Source: Geosiphon pyriformis uo1 (Eukaryota > Fungi > Glomeromycota). From it: 64,000 nt of DNA. Below, piece by piece: positions 40,194 through 52,209 of the stretch (the first letter of the stretch is position 1; every line of letters begins with the position of its first letter). A program made the position numbers and the translations under genes. Location of the stretch: assembly GCA_016748015.1 (NCBI GenBank), contig JAAOMT010000134.1, positions 626,757 to 690,756 of the forward strand. Direction: 5' to 3'. The notes beneath the pieces are model-generated. The model was not told where the DNA came from. It searched no databases and worked only from the letters and a program-made list of their open reading frames with translations.

Positions 40194-40828
40194 CGAAATG
40201 TTTAAGAAATAATAATAATAATTTTCAACTAGTTTTTGCAAAACATGAAATTTTTGGCGATAACAAACCTCCAAGAAATAATAGCTCCGAATAAAAACAT
40301 CATACCAATAGGCGGTAGGATCAATAAACATAAACCCACCAACAAAGTTCCCAACACCCAAGCGAAGCAGAAACAGGCAAATCCTAAATCCCAAAGGATC
40401 AAATAAGCCAAAGCAATCCAATTTCTGTAATCATAAATTGCGGCGAAAAAGGAATTGGATGTTTGTTGATTTCTTGAAGGATATTCCGCGTAATCAGCTT
40501 CTATGGATGTGAATCTTTCATATTGGTATTGATAAGATGAATATAAAGGATCTCTTGGATTCACCGAGATTGGTCTTGTTGCTGTTGCGATTTGATTGAA
40601 TGGTGGTGGTGGTGGTGGTGGTGGTGAAGAGGAAGAAGAAGAAGAAGAAGCAATTGCTTCTGCGTAAGTTGGAGGTTGGTCACTGTATAACACAACTGTT
40701 GTCGTAGTTGGATTATTAGTAGATTGTGATGCTAATGATGTTGATGATGAAGATGTTGTTGATGATGATAATGGGGATATTTGATTTCTTGTAGCAACCA
40801 GTTGAATAGTCTTGTCGATTTGTGCCAT
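39802..40828 (-). CDS. Multi-pass membrane protein (~303 aa) with N-terminal PPxY motif and a 'putative sensor'-like (PF13796-like) domain; exons 40269-40828 and 39802-40153
   Basis: One GT-AG intron (40154-40268) joins two ORF-track pieces in frame (912 nt). Ser/Thr/Pro-rich N-terminus with QPPTYAEA, then NWIALAYLILWDLGFACFCFAWVLGTLLVGLCLLILPPIG..WRSLSRLEL and a second hydrophobic block (RSVIYFIFIKF..). The domain call is from pattern recall. Confidence 0.85.
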
Positions 40829-41335
40829 TATTCACTTTCCCCAAGAAATTTTCAAATGCAGAAAATTTTTTTGCGAAATAGAATCAACAATTAATAATTA
40901 ATTAATGAGGGCATGACGTAACTAAGTCATTTATACAGGTGCCCCAGATAGGTTCGGGAGTCGGAAATTGTGATGAAAATTTTGAGTTTTCATCCATCCA
41001 ATTGAAACCTTGAGATTTTTAGCCCAGAAATTTTTACCATTAACTATATCAACTCTCTTTAAAGAAGATCCCTCCCCCAGGATCACCATCATTCTTGAAA
41101 ATCTTTATTCTTTTTTGAAAAATACATGGAGTTTTTGGGAATTCCTTTGATTAATGTTTGTGAGAATATAAGCCACAAGATTTTCTTTCGGAACCAAAAG
41201 TCAATGTAACATAATCTTTCAAGGAGCGTCAACCGGCATCTTTGATTACAAAAATTTTCAAGGCGAATCGTCTAAATGTTGAAACTCCCTTGGGGAGTCA
41301 AAATTATTTTTCGTATATCCGTGACATTTATTGCA

Positions 41336-41336
<1 letters not shown>

Positions 41337-41396
<60 letters not shown>

Positions 41397-41410
41397 TATT
41401 ATTATTATTA

Positions 41411-41452
<42 letters not shown>

Positions 41453-41472
41453 TTATTTTTATTATTATTATT
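41337..41472. repeat. (TTA)n imperfect microsatellite
   Basis: Direct reading; source of the spurious poly-Leu and poly-Tyr ORFs. Confidence 0.9.
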
Positions 41473-42222
41473 GCCTTAAATCTTCCAAACAATAGCACCG
41501 ACTATATTCGATCTTTCCAAAAAAAGATTTCACCATTTTTTTTTTAGCTTGCGAATCACAAGTTTCACAACCTGTTGAATGAGATTTACCCGATTTCAAA
41601 AGCTAACCAAAACCGTAAAACAATGATTTTTTTGGGTACAAAAAAAAAAGAATTTTTTTGATTTATTTAGCATTGTTAATTAGGGAATCAACATTAATTT
41701 TCTCAACATGTATGAAACTGTTTCGAAGCGTTAAAACGATCTAAATTTTAATTAACTACCAGTCCAAATGATGTTAAATGTTTAAAGGAAAATAATTTTC
41801 TCCTTTTAGATTTCTTTTCTTTTTCCAGTTTCCAAGGAAATGAAAAAAAAATTATCTAAATCTATATCTAAATCAAAAAAAAATTTTTGATTAAAAATCC
41901 TGATTTCTTATTTGGAAATTATATGTTTTAGGAATGTGGCAGCCTTGTCGGCCCAACTTCCCATTGCAATTGCACGGTGATCGGTTCCTTTAAAGAACTG
42001 CGACGAAATACACAATCTGGTGGAAATTGGTACGTACTTTACGTACATTGGCAATGTACTTTCATAAATATGGAAAGAACATCGTGGCATTTCCACGAAA
42101 ATTTTTTGATCAAAGAAATCTTTTTAGGTTTAAGGAAAAGCAGTCTCATTATTTAAATTTTACTAGGTGCTGAAAAATATGGGATTTCGGATTTTTCAAC
42201 GATAAAAATTAATTTAGTAGGA

Positions 42223-42350
42223 TGTATGTATGTATGTATGTATGTATGTATGTATCTGTATATTGCTTTTGATGATCATGTTGAAGCATTTCTCATCAAA
42301 GATCGATCGAAGATTAAAAAAAGATATGAATTTTGAGACCATTTCTTCAA

Positions 42351-42388
<38 letters not shown>
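42223..42388. repeat. (TATG)n (42223-42254) and (AAT)n (42352-42388) microsatellites
   Basis: Direct reading. Confidence 0.85.
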
Positions 42389-42391
<3 letters not shown>

Positions 42392-42883
42392 TCTTTTTTT
42401 AAATTTTTATATATATAATTCCATTCATTACCAATAAATAATTAATCATCACATCTTTTTTTGAGTCAATTAAAGCCGAATTTTATCAAGTAATATATAT
42501 AAAAATTATCAATATTGATTAATGCATTGAGAATCAAATTGATCAAAGATCCCATTCAATGATTTTTAATATTTCCTTCTTTTAAAATTTAAAAGGAGGT
42601 TTCATTATTTTCTTTTTTAATTGACGGACGTAACTGATTTTCAAATTTAAAAAAAATCAAGATATCGGATCATTTTAAAAACAACCAAAATTACCTATTT
42701 GCAACTCAGGAACAGAAAAATGAAACCATCATAAACAATATTTTAATTTGATATTCTCTTGTTATTGTTTTTTTTGTTGGTTTTTTTTTTGAATCATAAT
42801 AAACCATTTACGTGATGGTTTAATGTGATTTTTTTTTATTAACCTTTTTTCTTTTAATCTTGATTTAAAAATTTTTGTGTATA

Positions 42884-42915
<32 letters not shown>
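42884..42915. repeat. (GAT)n microsatellite
   Basis: Direct reading. Confidence 0.9.
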
Positions 42916-43291
42916 AGAACTGAAAAATGTATTATCTATGTATGAATGTATGAATGTATCTATGTATCTATGTACCTATGTTTATTCATAAAAGGATGTT
43001 GTTGTTATTTTATTTTTTTAAAGTTTTTCAAAAAAGTTCATTTATTGAAACGAATTAAATGAATTTAAAAGTTTATTTTTTTTGATTATATTAAATTACG
43101 AAATCATTGATTTGGAAAATCATGATCCGACATTTTTTGGTTTTGACATTTTGCTTCTTTGTCCTCTTTTTATTTTTTTTGACCAAATCGATCCAAGAAA
43201 GAATTTTGGATTACATCATGGTTTCAATATTTAAAAATATAAGTATATTTCTTGTTTGATTAAAATTTTTGGTATTGTAAAATATAATAAA

Positions 43292-43307
43292 AATAATAAT
43301 AATAATA

Positions 43308-43340
<33 letters not shown>

Positions 43341-43476
43341 ATTATTATTATTATTATGATTATTATTATTATTATTATTATTATTATGATTATTATTATT
43401 ATTATTATTATTATTATTTTTATTATTTTTATTTTTATTATTTTTATTTTTATTTTTATTATTTTTATTTTTATTT
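43292..43476. repeat. Compound microsatellite (AAT)n-(GAT)n-(TAT)n-(TTTTAT)n
   Basis: Direct reading. Confidence 0.9.
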
Positions 43477-45322
43477 AATGATTAAATTTATTTATTTTAT
43501 TATAATAAAATTTTAATTATTTTTGTTAATATTAAAAATAAAAATTTGTTAAATAATACCAAATTAATATTATATAAATATTATATAAGTATTACATAAA
43601 TATTATATTTTAAATATATAATTTATTATTTTATATAAAATCAATTTTTGATTATTCTTAATATTTTTTTTTTTGTGAAAACTATTTTTTTTTTTAATAT
43701 ATTAATAATAAAATTTTGTTTTATATAATATGATTAAAATTTTAATTAACTAATTATTATTTTAAAATAATTATAAAAAATTAATATTATTAATGTTTTA
43801 TTTAATAAATTTATTTTAACATAAAATTTTATTTTATTTCGTTTTAAAAAGTTTTTCAAAAAATAAATAATTTAAAAAATAATTATTTAATATTTTTATA
43901 ATATATATATATTATATTATTGAATTATTGAATTATTGAAAAAAATATATATATATTTTTATAATTTAAAATTAAAGGTATAATCTGCGAATACTTCAAG
44001 TTTAACAATGACATTAAAAAAGGATTTTTTTTTTTTGAAATTATTCGTTTCATTTTCCAAACCACGACAGAAAATAGATTATGATCTTTATTTTTATTTT
44101 CATGCATGCAAACCCATTATCAGTTTTTATTTCTCTCACTCTTTTCCTATTTCCCTATTAAAATTCACAACATAATCTAATTGCACAGCCATCTACCAAT
44201 TTAGGGTTTCCATCGCCTTTTTTTTTTCCATGGATCTACCAATTTAGGTTTGCATCCATGGCATAAAAGACTAACAAATAATAGTAACACAGTTTCCAAA
44301 TTATTATGTAATTATTATTTTTTGAATCTAGAATGATTCTTAATAAGGAATACGATCAACAACTTGAGTTTTTAATGATTAAAAAATTTCGAAAAAGTTA
44401 TCATGAACTTAAGATATTCTTGAATCTGACGAGACATATTTTTTACTAATAAGGCCAAAAATTTGCTCCCAAATTTAAATTTAAATTTATCCTAATTTCA
44501 AAAATTTTTGTCAAAGACGATTATAGATAAGATTACTCCTTTTTCCTTTTCCTTAAAAATTTCTTCTAGATCAACATTTCGCATCCTCTTTTTACATCCT
44601 TTACATCCATGGATCTTTCTAAACTTTAAAAAAAAATATATATATTCCAGGTTTTTGATTCAAAAATGGAAAAAAACAATTTATTTCGAGCTATTTTGGG
44701 ATGTCACCGCCGGTATATTTAAATATTGTTTACAACATAAAAATATGCAACTAGGGAAGGTTCAAAAGGTGATAAAATGAAGTTGTGTTTCCCGATTTAG
44801 CTTGTATTGGTTCTCAATTATTCCTGCATGTACATCATTGAATTCGGGCGACTAAGATGACCAAGCGAGCGAGCGAGCGAGTTATCTTCTTTCTAAAAAA
44901 TATTTAACAGACGGAAACTAATTTTCTTTTTACTTTTTCTTTTTCTTTTCCTTTTTCTTTTTCTTTTACTTTTTCTTTTCTCCAAAGTTTTTCTATCAGT
45001 CATAGTGTAGGCTGCTACTAAACCTAAAAAGTACTCTATCACCTCCTACTCCTATTTAATAAAGTAGGTGGCGTCGGGCTAAACTCATATCCCAATATAT
45101 ATATAAATACCCTTATACTCTTTTAGCAAACGTTTCCTTCCCTCTTTCTTCCTCATCTGTGTATTTGGTAGAATAAACTTTTTGACCAAACATCAAGGTT
45201 GAAGTGTCCACGGTTACATAAATTGCACATATTTAACATATAACTAATAACACAAGCTTCTTAAAATATTCCTTTTCTCACTATACAAAAAAATAAAAAT
45301 AAAAAAGAGAAAAACTTTTGAT

Positions 45323-46091
45323 ATGAAGTCATACATGGTTTTTGTTATTGGTGTTTCTTTGGTGATGCTCATGTGCTGTTCGTTGTCGGAACAAGCAGCT
45401 TTTAATTGTAAGTTATATATATATATATATATTTTTTTCTCAAAGTTTATTCGAATTCCCCCTTTGTGAACGTGACCACCATAACTCACTCGATTTTTCA
45501 CACCCTTTTATTCAGATTCAAATGTACCAATAGAACAGAGGGCGGTCTGGTGTGATAATCAAAGCTCCTCTTGCGTCAATCTTTGCAATGATAGTGGAAA
45601 TAATGCCCAAGACAATAGATGTGACCCGGAAACACTCCAATTTAGATGCTTGTGTACCAATGGTTTTGCTCCAAATTCTTCTGGTAAGTTTTTCATCTTT
45701 TTGAAAAAATAACTTCCCAAGGAAGAATTCTTTAGAAAACATATGAGACTAATAATCGATCTACGTAATGTTTTTTCTTATTCCAGAGTACACCCAAACT
45801 ATTCCATTCTTCTTATGCACCAACGAAGTAGAAGCCTGTAAAGCAGATTGTACAGCCGGAAATCAAGGTTGTACTGATGCCTGTGCGAAAAATTGTACGG
45901 CTTCTAGCCCCAAAAAATACAATACCACCAGTAACCCGAGTGCTTTTGGCACCTCTGTACAATCCCCTACTTCTACTCCATCGAGCTCTCAGAATATCTT
46001 ATCTCAGGCTGCTAATCTTTCGAGTTCCACAATCAATGCTTTGTTTGTGGTGTTCTTCACTGTTATCATAGTCATGTTCAGTCGCCTTTAG
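45323..46091 (+). CDS. Secreted Cys-rich, probably GPI-anchored cell-surface protein (185 aa); exons 45323-45407, 45516-45683, 45787-46091
   Basis: Signal peptide MKSYMVFVIGVSLVMLMCCSLSEQA; core WCDNQSSSCVNLC..NRCDPETLQFRCLCTNGFAPNSSEYTQTIPFFLC..C...C.....C...C...C (12 Cys); Ser/Thr stalk; hydrophobic C-terminus (ALFVVFFTVIIVMF). Two GTAAGT..CAG introns; 558 nt in frame. Confidence 0.9.
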
Positions 46092-48693
46092 GGGGAACAG
46101 TTAAAGAGGAATTGGATTTTTGGATGGAACGAAAGAGTGAACAAAGGAAAGGAAAAAAAGAAAAGATAGATTTAATCAAATTATCGTCACTTAAAATATA
46201 TTACAAAGATGGGATGAGGAAAAAAAAGGACTGTATCTACTTCTTTATATACTATTAATACTATTCACCTTGTTCAAATTATTGAATTCAGCAAAGAACT
46301 TTCTGAACTATTACTATTTTCTTGAACTTTTAAGATTGGAGAGTAAATTTTTTCATTTTTTCTACAAATTTCGCTTTTACCATAAAAACCATCACGGTAT
46401 CGTGAGTTGCGAACCTTGGGACAACTAATTAATGATACAATCTAAAATTTCAATCGAGTGTTTCAATAGATTATCATTTAAGGTAATTTATCAGGTATTT
46501 ATAAATATCATAATTGGTGACCAAACGTAATGATATCTTTTAATAGTTACGTGTTTTGATAAAAACACCCGATCAAATTATAAATAATAAAAAATATAAA
46601 ATGAACTATTTATTGACAAAAACCAAAAATATATTTAAACTTTGAAACATTTAATAGAATGCTTACGTTTTCAATTAAGGCAAAACTTTGTATATTTTGT
46701 TATTGCTATTTTGACAGAAAATTTTGGCTTTTAATTATCAAAAAAATTAAAAATTAAAAAACAAAATTTTTTTTTTTAAATAATATTATAAATTTATACA
46801 AATTAAAATTTTTTATTATAATTAGAAATTTTTTATTAATTTATAAAAATAAATATAAAAATAAAAATAATTAATATAAATTTATATTAATTATATTATA
46901 TATATAACATAATTAAAAATAAAAAAAATTTATTATTATTATTTTATTATTAATAAAATAAAAACTAACTATTAATTTTTAATCTTATTTTAACATAATT
47001 TATAATATATAATTATTAAAAATTTTTATTTTAATTTTATTACTTTTTTTAATACTAAAATCTAAATTAAAAAATATATATATATATTAATTAATATTAA
47101 TTAAACAAATTTTTTAAACAAAAATATAAATTATATATATATATATAATATAATTATAAAATTATTAATATAAAATTTACTTTATTTTATTATTAAATTT
47201 AACATATTTTTTAATAAAAAAACCTAAAATAAATACATTTTTAATTAATATATATAAATAAATATTATATAAATATCTTATTTATAAAATATTTTTAATT
47301 AAACAAATTTGTTCAGAAAAAAAATGTAAATATAAATTATTTTATTGATAAAATTAGAAATAAAAAATTATTTTTAATGTTTAATTTAGCTTAATATAAT
47401 ATTAATATAAATTTAAATAATTAATTATATATATTATATAAATATATATAAATAGTAAAAAAAACTGTACTTAATTAAAACAATATAAAAAATAAAATTT
47501 TTAAATTTAAATATTTAATTCTTATTAAAATTTAAATCAAAAATTTTTTTTTGATTTTTATTATTATTTTATTATTTTATAAATTATATTAATTAATTAA
47601 TTAATTATTAACACAAAATTTTAATTTACAATTATAACAAATATTATAATTAAATTATACAAAATTTTAAACAGTTTAAATTAAAATTTAAATAAATTAA
47701 ATAAATTTTAAATAGTTTTTATTTATTTATTTATTTATTTAATATATAGTTTAATTACTATTTATTACGTACTTTTTACATGTAACTAAACATAATAGTT
47801 TAAGTTAAAATTTATATAGTTTAAATAAATTTCAAATAATTTAAATAAAGTTTATTTAATTTAAATTTATTAAAATATAAAATAATATTATAAAAACTAT
47901 ATATCTAAAAAACTTATTTTATAATAAAATAATAATTTTAATACATAAAATATATATTATTATATTTAAAACTTTTAAAATTTTTATCAGTAAATTATAA
48001 TTGATTTTTTTTTATTGTTTTATAAATGCAGTCCAATTACTATCTAAGAATATAAATTAAACAAAATTCTAAATTAAGCATGACTTATATTTTTTTTACA
48101 TGTAATTAGCCATTCAAATCAATTAAAGTAGTACTATATACTTAAATTGTTCACTAAAAGAACATTTTTTAAAAAACCAAAATTCAATCTGAATAAACAG
48201 AAGTATAACTTAAAACAAACATAAATATCTAATTTAACACTAAAACTGTAAATTAATTCAAAAAACCACAAAAATAACAAACTAAAAACCAAAAAAACAT
48301 TAAATTTATTATACAGCAAAAAATTATGCTTTTTATAATAAGATCTTAACCTAACAGTTAGTAATTAAATAACAAATTTATAATTTTTAACAAGACCATT
48401 AACCAATTTAATAATCAATGCACTATTATCAAATCTAGTATTCAAATAGTATATTGTATTAGCTACCCAATTTTTTAATACAAAGTTTTTGGTCAGTAAT
48501 ATATACAAATCAGCAAACAACTTAACTTTACATAGAAACTGAACAATTATATTTTTTTTAATAAAAACACTTAATAACTTATTCTATTTTAAGACAGTAT
48601 CCAATAATAATTTTTCTCTGGTATTATTATTATATACACATAAAAATGAGTAATTAGAGTTTTCTACTATTTTATATTAAATACAAGTTATAC

Positions 48694-50150
48694 TGTTATG
48701 AAACTTAATAAGATATGATAGTAATAAGTGATTTTTGGCTTTAAATATTTTTTTTATTTAAGGTACTATAAATATATAGTTAAAGTAAATTTAAAAAATA
48801 TAGATAAAAAAATATTGGGTTTTTTCTATCTATTTGTCTTTTTTTCTTTGTTAAAACTATTTATTTTTATACATATTTCTAATTTTACAAGCTTGTTTTC
48901 AATTATTTGTTGTTATTAGCTATTATTTACTATTTCTGTTATTGCTTTATTTTTTTACATTATAACTAGTTATCCTATATTATAACTAATTATTTTGTGC
49001 TATTTCACATTATTGTATATTATCTTGTATTATTCTGAGTTATTATGTTGTTATGAGTAGAATTCCATGTTTATGGTAGTAATGTTTGGTGCTTTACTTT
49101 AGCCTTTCAAGTTTGTATGTTTTTCATAGTATTAGTGTTATCAGTCTCTAAAGGTCTATTCTTGTACATGAATTTATCTATTGAGTTTTTTGGTTATAAA
49201 GCACAGAGTTTATCTCTCATTGATTGCAACTTTTCCATTAATGTAAATGTTTTCTTCCGAGCTAACGAGCACAGTTGTTAGGGTTCAGCATTGTCTTTTC
49301 ACTCTTTTGATAAACTAATAAGATAACATTAATATCCAAAACTGTAGAGGGAGCTTTCCTTTTTTACCAGACTATCACAAAGTCTATTCCAAGACAGTCA
49401 ATTTTCCAATGTTGCTGCTTCACAAAAAAAATTAAAAGAAAAGAAAATGAAAAGAAAATAAGAGAAAATGAAAAGAAAAAAGAAAAGAATTAGTTCTCAT
49501 CAATTATCATGATCAAGAGTGATTGGTCCAAGTTGTTAAGGTTCGAGATGTTTATGCTAATAGCATCTGTTTTAGAACAGAGGTAATCAACAATGATTCA
49601 ATTAAAACATAGAAGTTGGGAGAACATAGGTTTGTGAGTTTGGAATATTTGATTTATTTCAGAATGTGTGTATAAGCTAAAATATGAGAGAGTAAAAGGA
49701 AATTGATTCTTCTCCAGCTATCTGTCTTCTTTCTAATTTCTATGACTATTCATTTTTATACATTCTTTTGGTTTTACAGGATTGCTTTCAATTGTTATAT
49801 TATCATTAGCTATTGCTTTGTTATTTCTGTTATTGCTTCATTATTCTATGTTATTACTAGTTATTTTATGTTATAACATGTTATCCAGCATTATTACATG
49901 TTATTCTGTATTATTCTATGTTATAATGTGTTATCCTGTATTATCTTAAGTTACAATGTATTATTCCACATTATTGCACATTATCCTGCATTATGTTACG
50001 TTTTGTTCACATTTTGGTCATGTTTTTCTCATAACTTAGATCAGTTTTTCTACTCAGGTAACAATGTATTATTATATTTTTTTTTAAATTATTACATTTT
50101 TAATCATGTTTTTTTAATATTTTTGGATTGGTTTTTTTACTCAAGTAACA
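48694..50150. mobile_element. Partly deleted solo LTR (family C) containing a nested related LTR
   Basis: Termini TGTTATG...AGTAACA; flanks ATAC/ATGT, both derivable from ACGC by transitions; 48881-49040 is homologous to 49770-50000. Confidence 0.7.
49049..50063. mobile_element. Solo LTR (family C, 1015 bp) with 10-bp tandem array
   Basis: Termini TGTTATGAGTA...TACTCAGGTAACA; perfect TSD ATGT (49045-49048 and 50064-50067); TTATTCTATG-type decamers at ~49800-49995. Confidence 0.85.
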
Positions 50151-52209
50151 ATGTTCAAATACTTCAAATCATACAATCTTTTTTTTAGCTATTAATAAGT
50201 AATAGTACAATGCTTTTATAAAATAAAATCTAAGTGTTATTAATAATATGCTAATATAATCAAAGTAAATCTTATTATCAAAATGTTAAACACTAAAAGT
50301 TCTAATCATATTAAAATTGACATCAATGCTTGTATTTATAATATTATTAGTATATTTGAATTTTCAACCAATAAAATTAACTATATTAAACAAACTCTTA
50401 ACAAAGTAATAAGAATTTTCAAAGATAGATCTGCCTTTAATACTAAAAAAAACAACATAATACTTGAATAAACAGAATAAACTTAGAAGCAGTAATAACA
50501 TTAGCATAAAAATTAGTACATTCATTTTTGACAATACCAAAATAATTCTTAATTTTCTTTGAAGCAACTAACAAACTTTTTTTTAAAATAATTTAGCAAA
50601 TATGTTTTTTTTAATTTAGTATTTACTGTAAAAATCAGAATCAAACATACTTTTGTTGAAACAATACATATCTAATGATGCTTAACTGTTTGTAAACAAA
50701 GTGACAGAGCTGAAAACAAATACACAATTTAAAACAAAAACAATGTTTACAATTTTACCAAAATCAAAGACAACAGACTATTTACATTTATTCTAATATT
50801 TATGTTAATATCTGAAAAATATGCAGCAGCATCTTTACAAACACTTACTAATTCCAGACTCCTGACAGAACTATTTGTGTAAACATTCATATTATTTAAC
50901 TCAGAATTTAACAAATATCTACTAATATAACCAAAATCACAAAAGTGGTTTACAAGAGTAAAATAAAAAGCCAGTGCTCTATTATTTACTAAACTACTAT
51001 TTTCAATAAATTTGACCAGCAAACATAACTAGCCAGGAATTAGACCTCTAAAATTCAGTCTTTTTTATTTGTAAAAAGTGTTTTACATAAAACATGTATC
51101 ATAATAATCCAAAAGCTGATTTACAAAAATAATGCCAAACTTCTTGAAAAATTTCACCATACTTATATAACAATCTAAGCCCAGAATATTTAAAATAACA
51201 ATACTATTTCCAACCCAAAAAACATCAAGCAAATTGTTATTTAAAAACAAATTGCAAAAGACAAAAATACTTATTATATCTTTTCAAAAAACAATTTATA
51301 AAATTAATTGACAATTTTATTGAAACTCGAAAAAGGTGCTAAGACATTTAGTTAACAATTTGTATATTCATAGCTTTGTGCATTATTTTTTTTACAACTT
51401 TTTTTAACTTAAAACAACCAATTTTTTTAATTTTTTTTAAAGTATTATTTTTATTTTAAAATCTGTTTTTTTGTAAAAAATATGATATTAATTTTATAAT
51501 AATTGTATTAATTATAATATTTAATTTAAATTTGGTTGTAAATAATAACTTATTTTTTATTTAAATAATAGTAAATTATTTAATCTTAAAAATTAAACTA
51601 ATTAATAGAAATTAAATTATTATTTTTTGTTTTTTAATAATATTGTTTTAAAAAATTATAAATTATTAAAAATATTCTAAATAAATGGTTTTTTTTGGTG
51701 TTTAATAAAATTGCTAAACTAAAATAACTTATGTTAAATTTATTTTTTAGTTTATATATGATTTTTTAATTTATAATTGGTTATAAAAAACAATATTAAA
51801 TTTTGTTAAATATTATTATTTTAATTAAGCTTTTTGATTTTTTTTGCTATTTTTAAGATTGCAAAATTTCTGTGGTATTTGTTTGTGTTTTAATTTTACT
51901 GTTATAATATTTTTTTAAATTTTTTATAATAAAATAAGAATTAGTTTAAGTATTTATAAATATTAAATTAAAGTTATTAATTTTTAATAATATATTATTG
52001 TGTATTTTAAGTTTTTTAAATCTGTTTTTATTTGTTAATTTTTTAATATATATTTAAAACCAAATTAATCAACTTTTTTTTTAATTATATAGTTTTTGAA
52101 GTTAAAATTTTGGTTTTTTAAGTTGGTATTTAAACTTGTTTTGTTTTTTAATTTTCTAATACTTATTTTTACTTTTATTTTTAGATTTAAAAAAATTTTA
52201 AAAAAGATA

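Larger units (their letters stand above)
48005..51340 (-). mobile_element. Decayed LINE copy 4 (3' UTR, Cys/His finger, RNase H), interrupted by nested LTRs
   Basis: Poly-T followed by the family 3' UTR (CAGTCCAATTACTATCTA.. at 48029); RNase H relic NVYTNSS..DAAAYFSD (50747-51022); KRLYDLKY/ITCI flank the LTR insertion. Confidence 0.8.

Noticed and set aside
41242-41547. Poly-Leu/Ile and poly-Tyr ORFs (also 43256-43516 and 38483-38677)
   Set aside because: Translations of TTA/GAT microsatellites; no coding features.
41930-42112. Spliceosomal snRNA gene
   Set aside because: An Sm-like site is present, but none of the diagnostic U1, U2, U4, U5, U6, U11 or U12 sequences.
32208-46091. Cell-wall gene cluster (chitin synthase, membrane protein, GPI protein)
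   Set aside because: Only adjacency, with long intergenic gaps; no evidence of co-regulation or conserved synteny available.
49800-49995. CRISPR-like periodic array
   Set aside because: 10-bp degenerate tandem units without spacers, inside a eukaryotic LTR; no cas genes.
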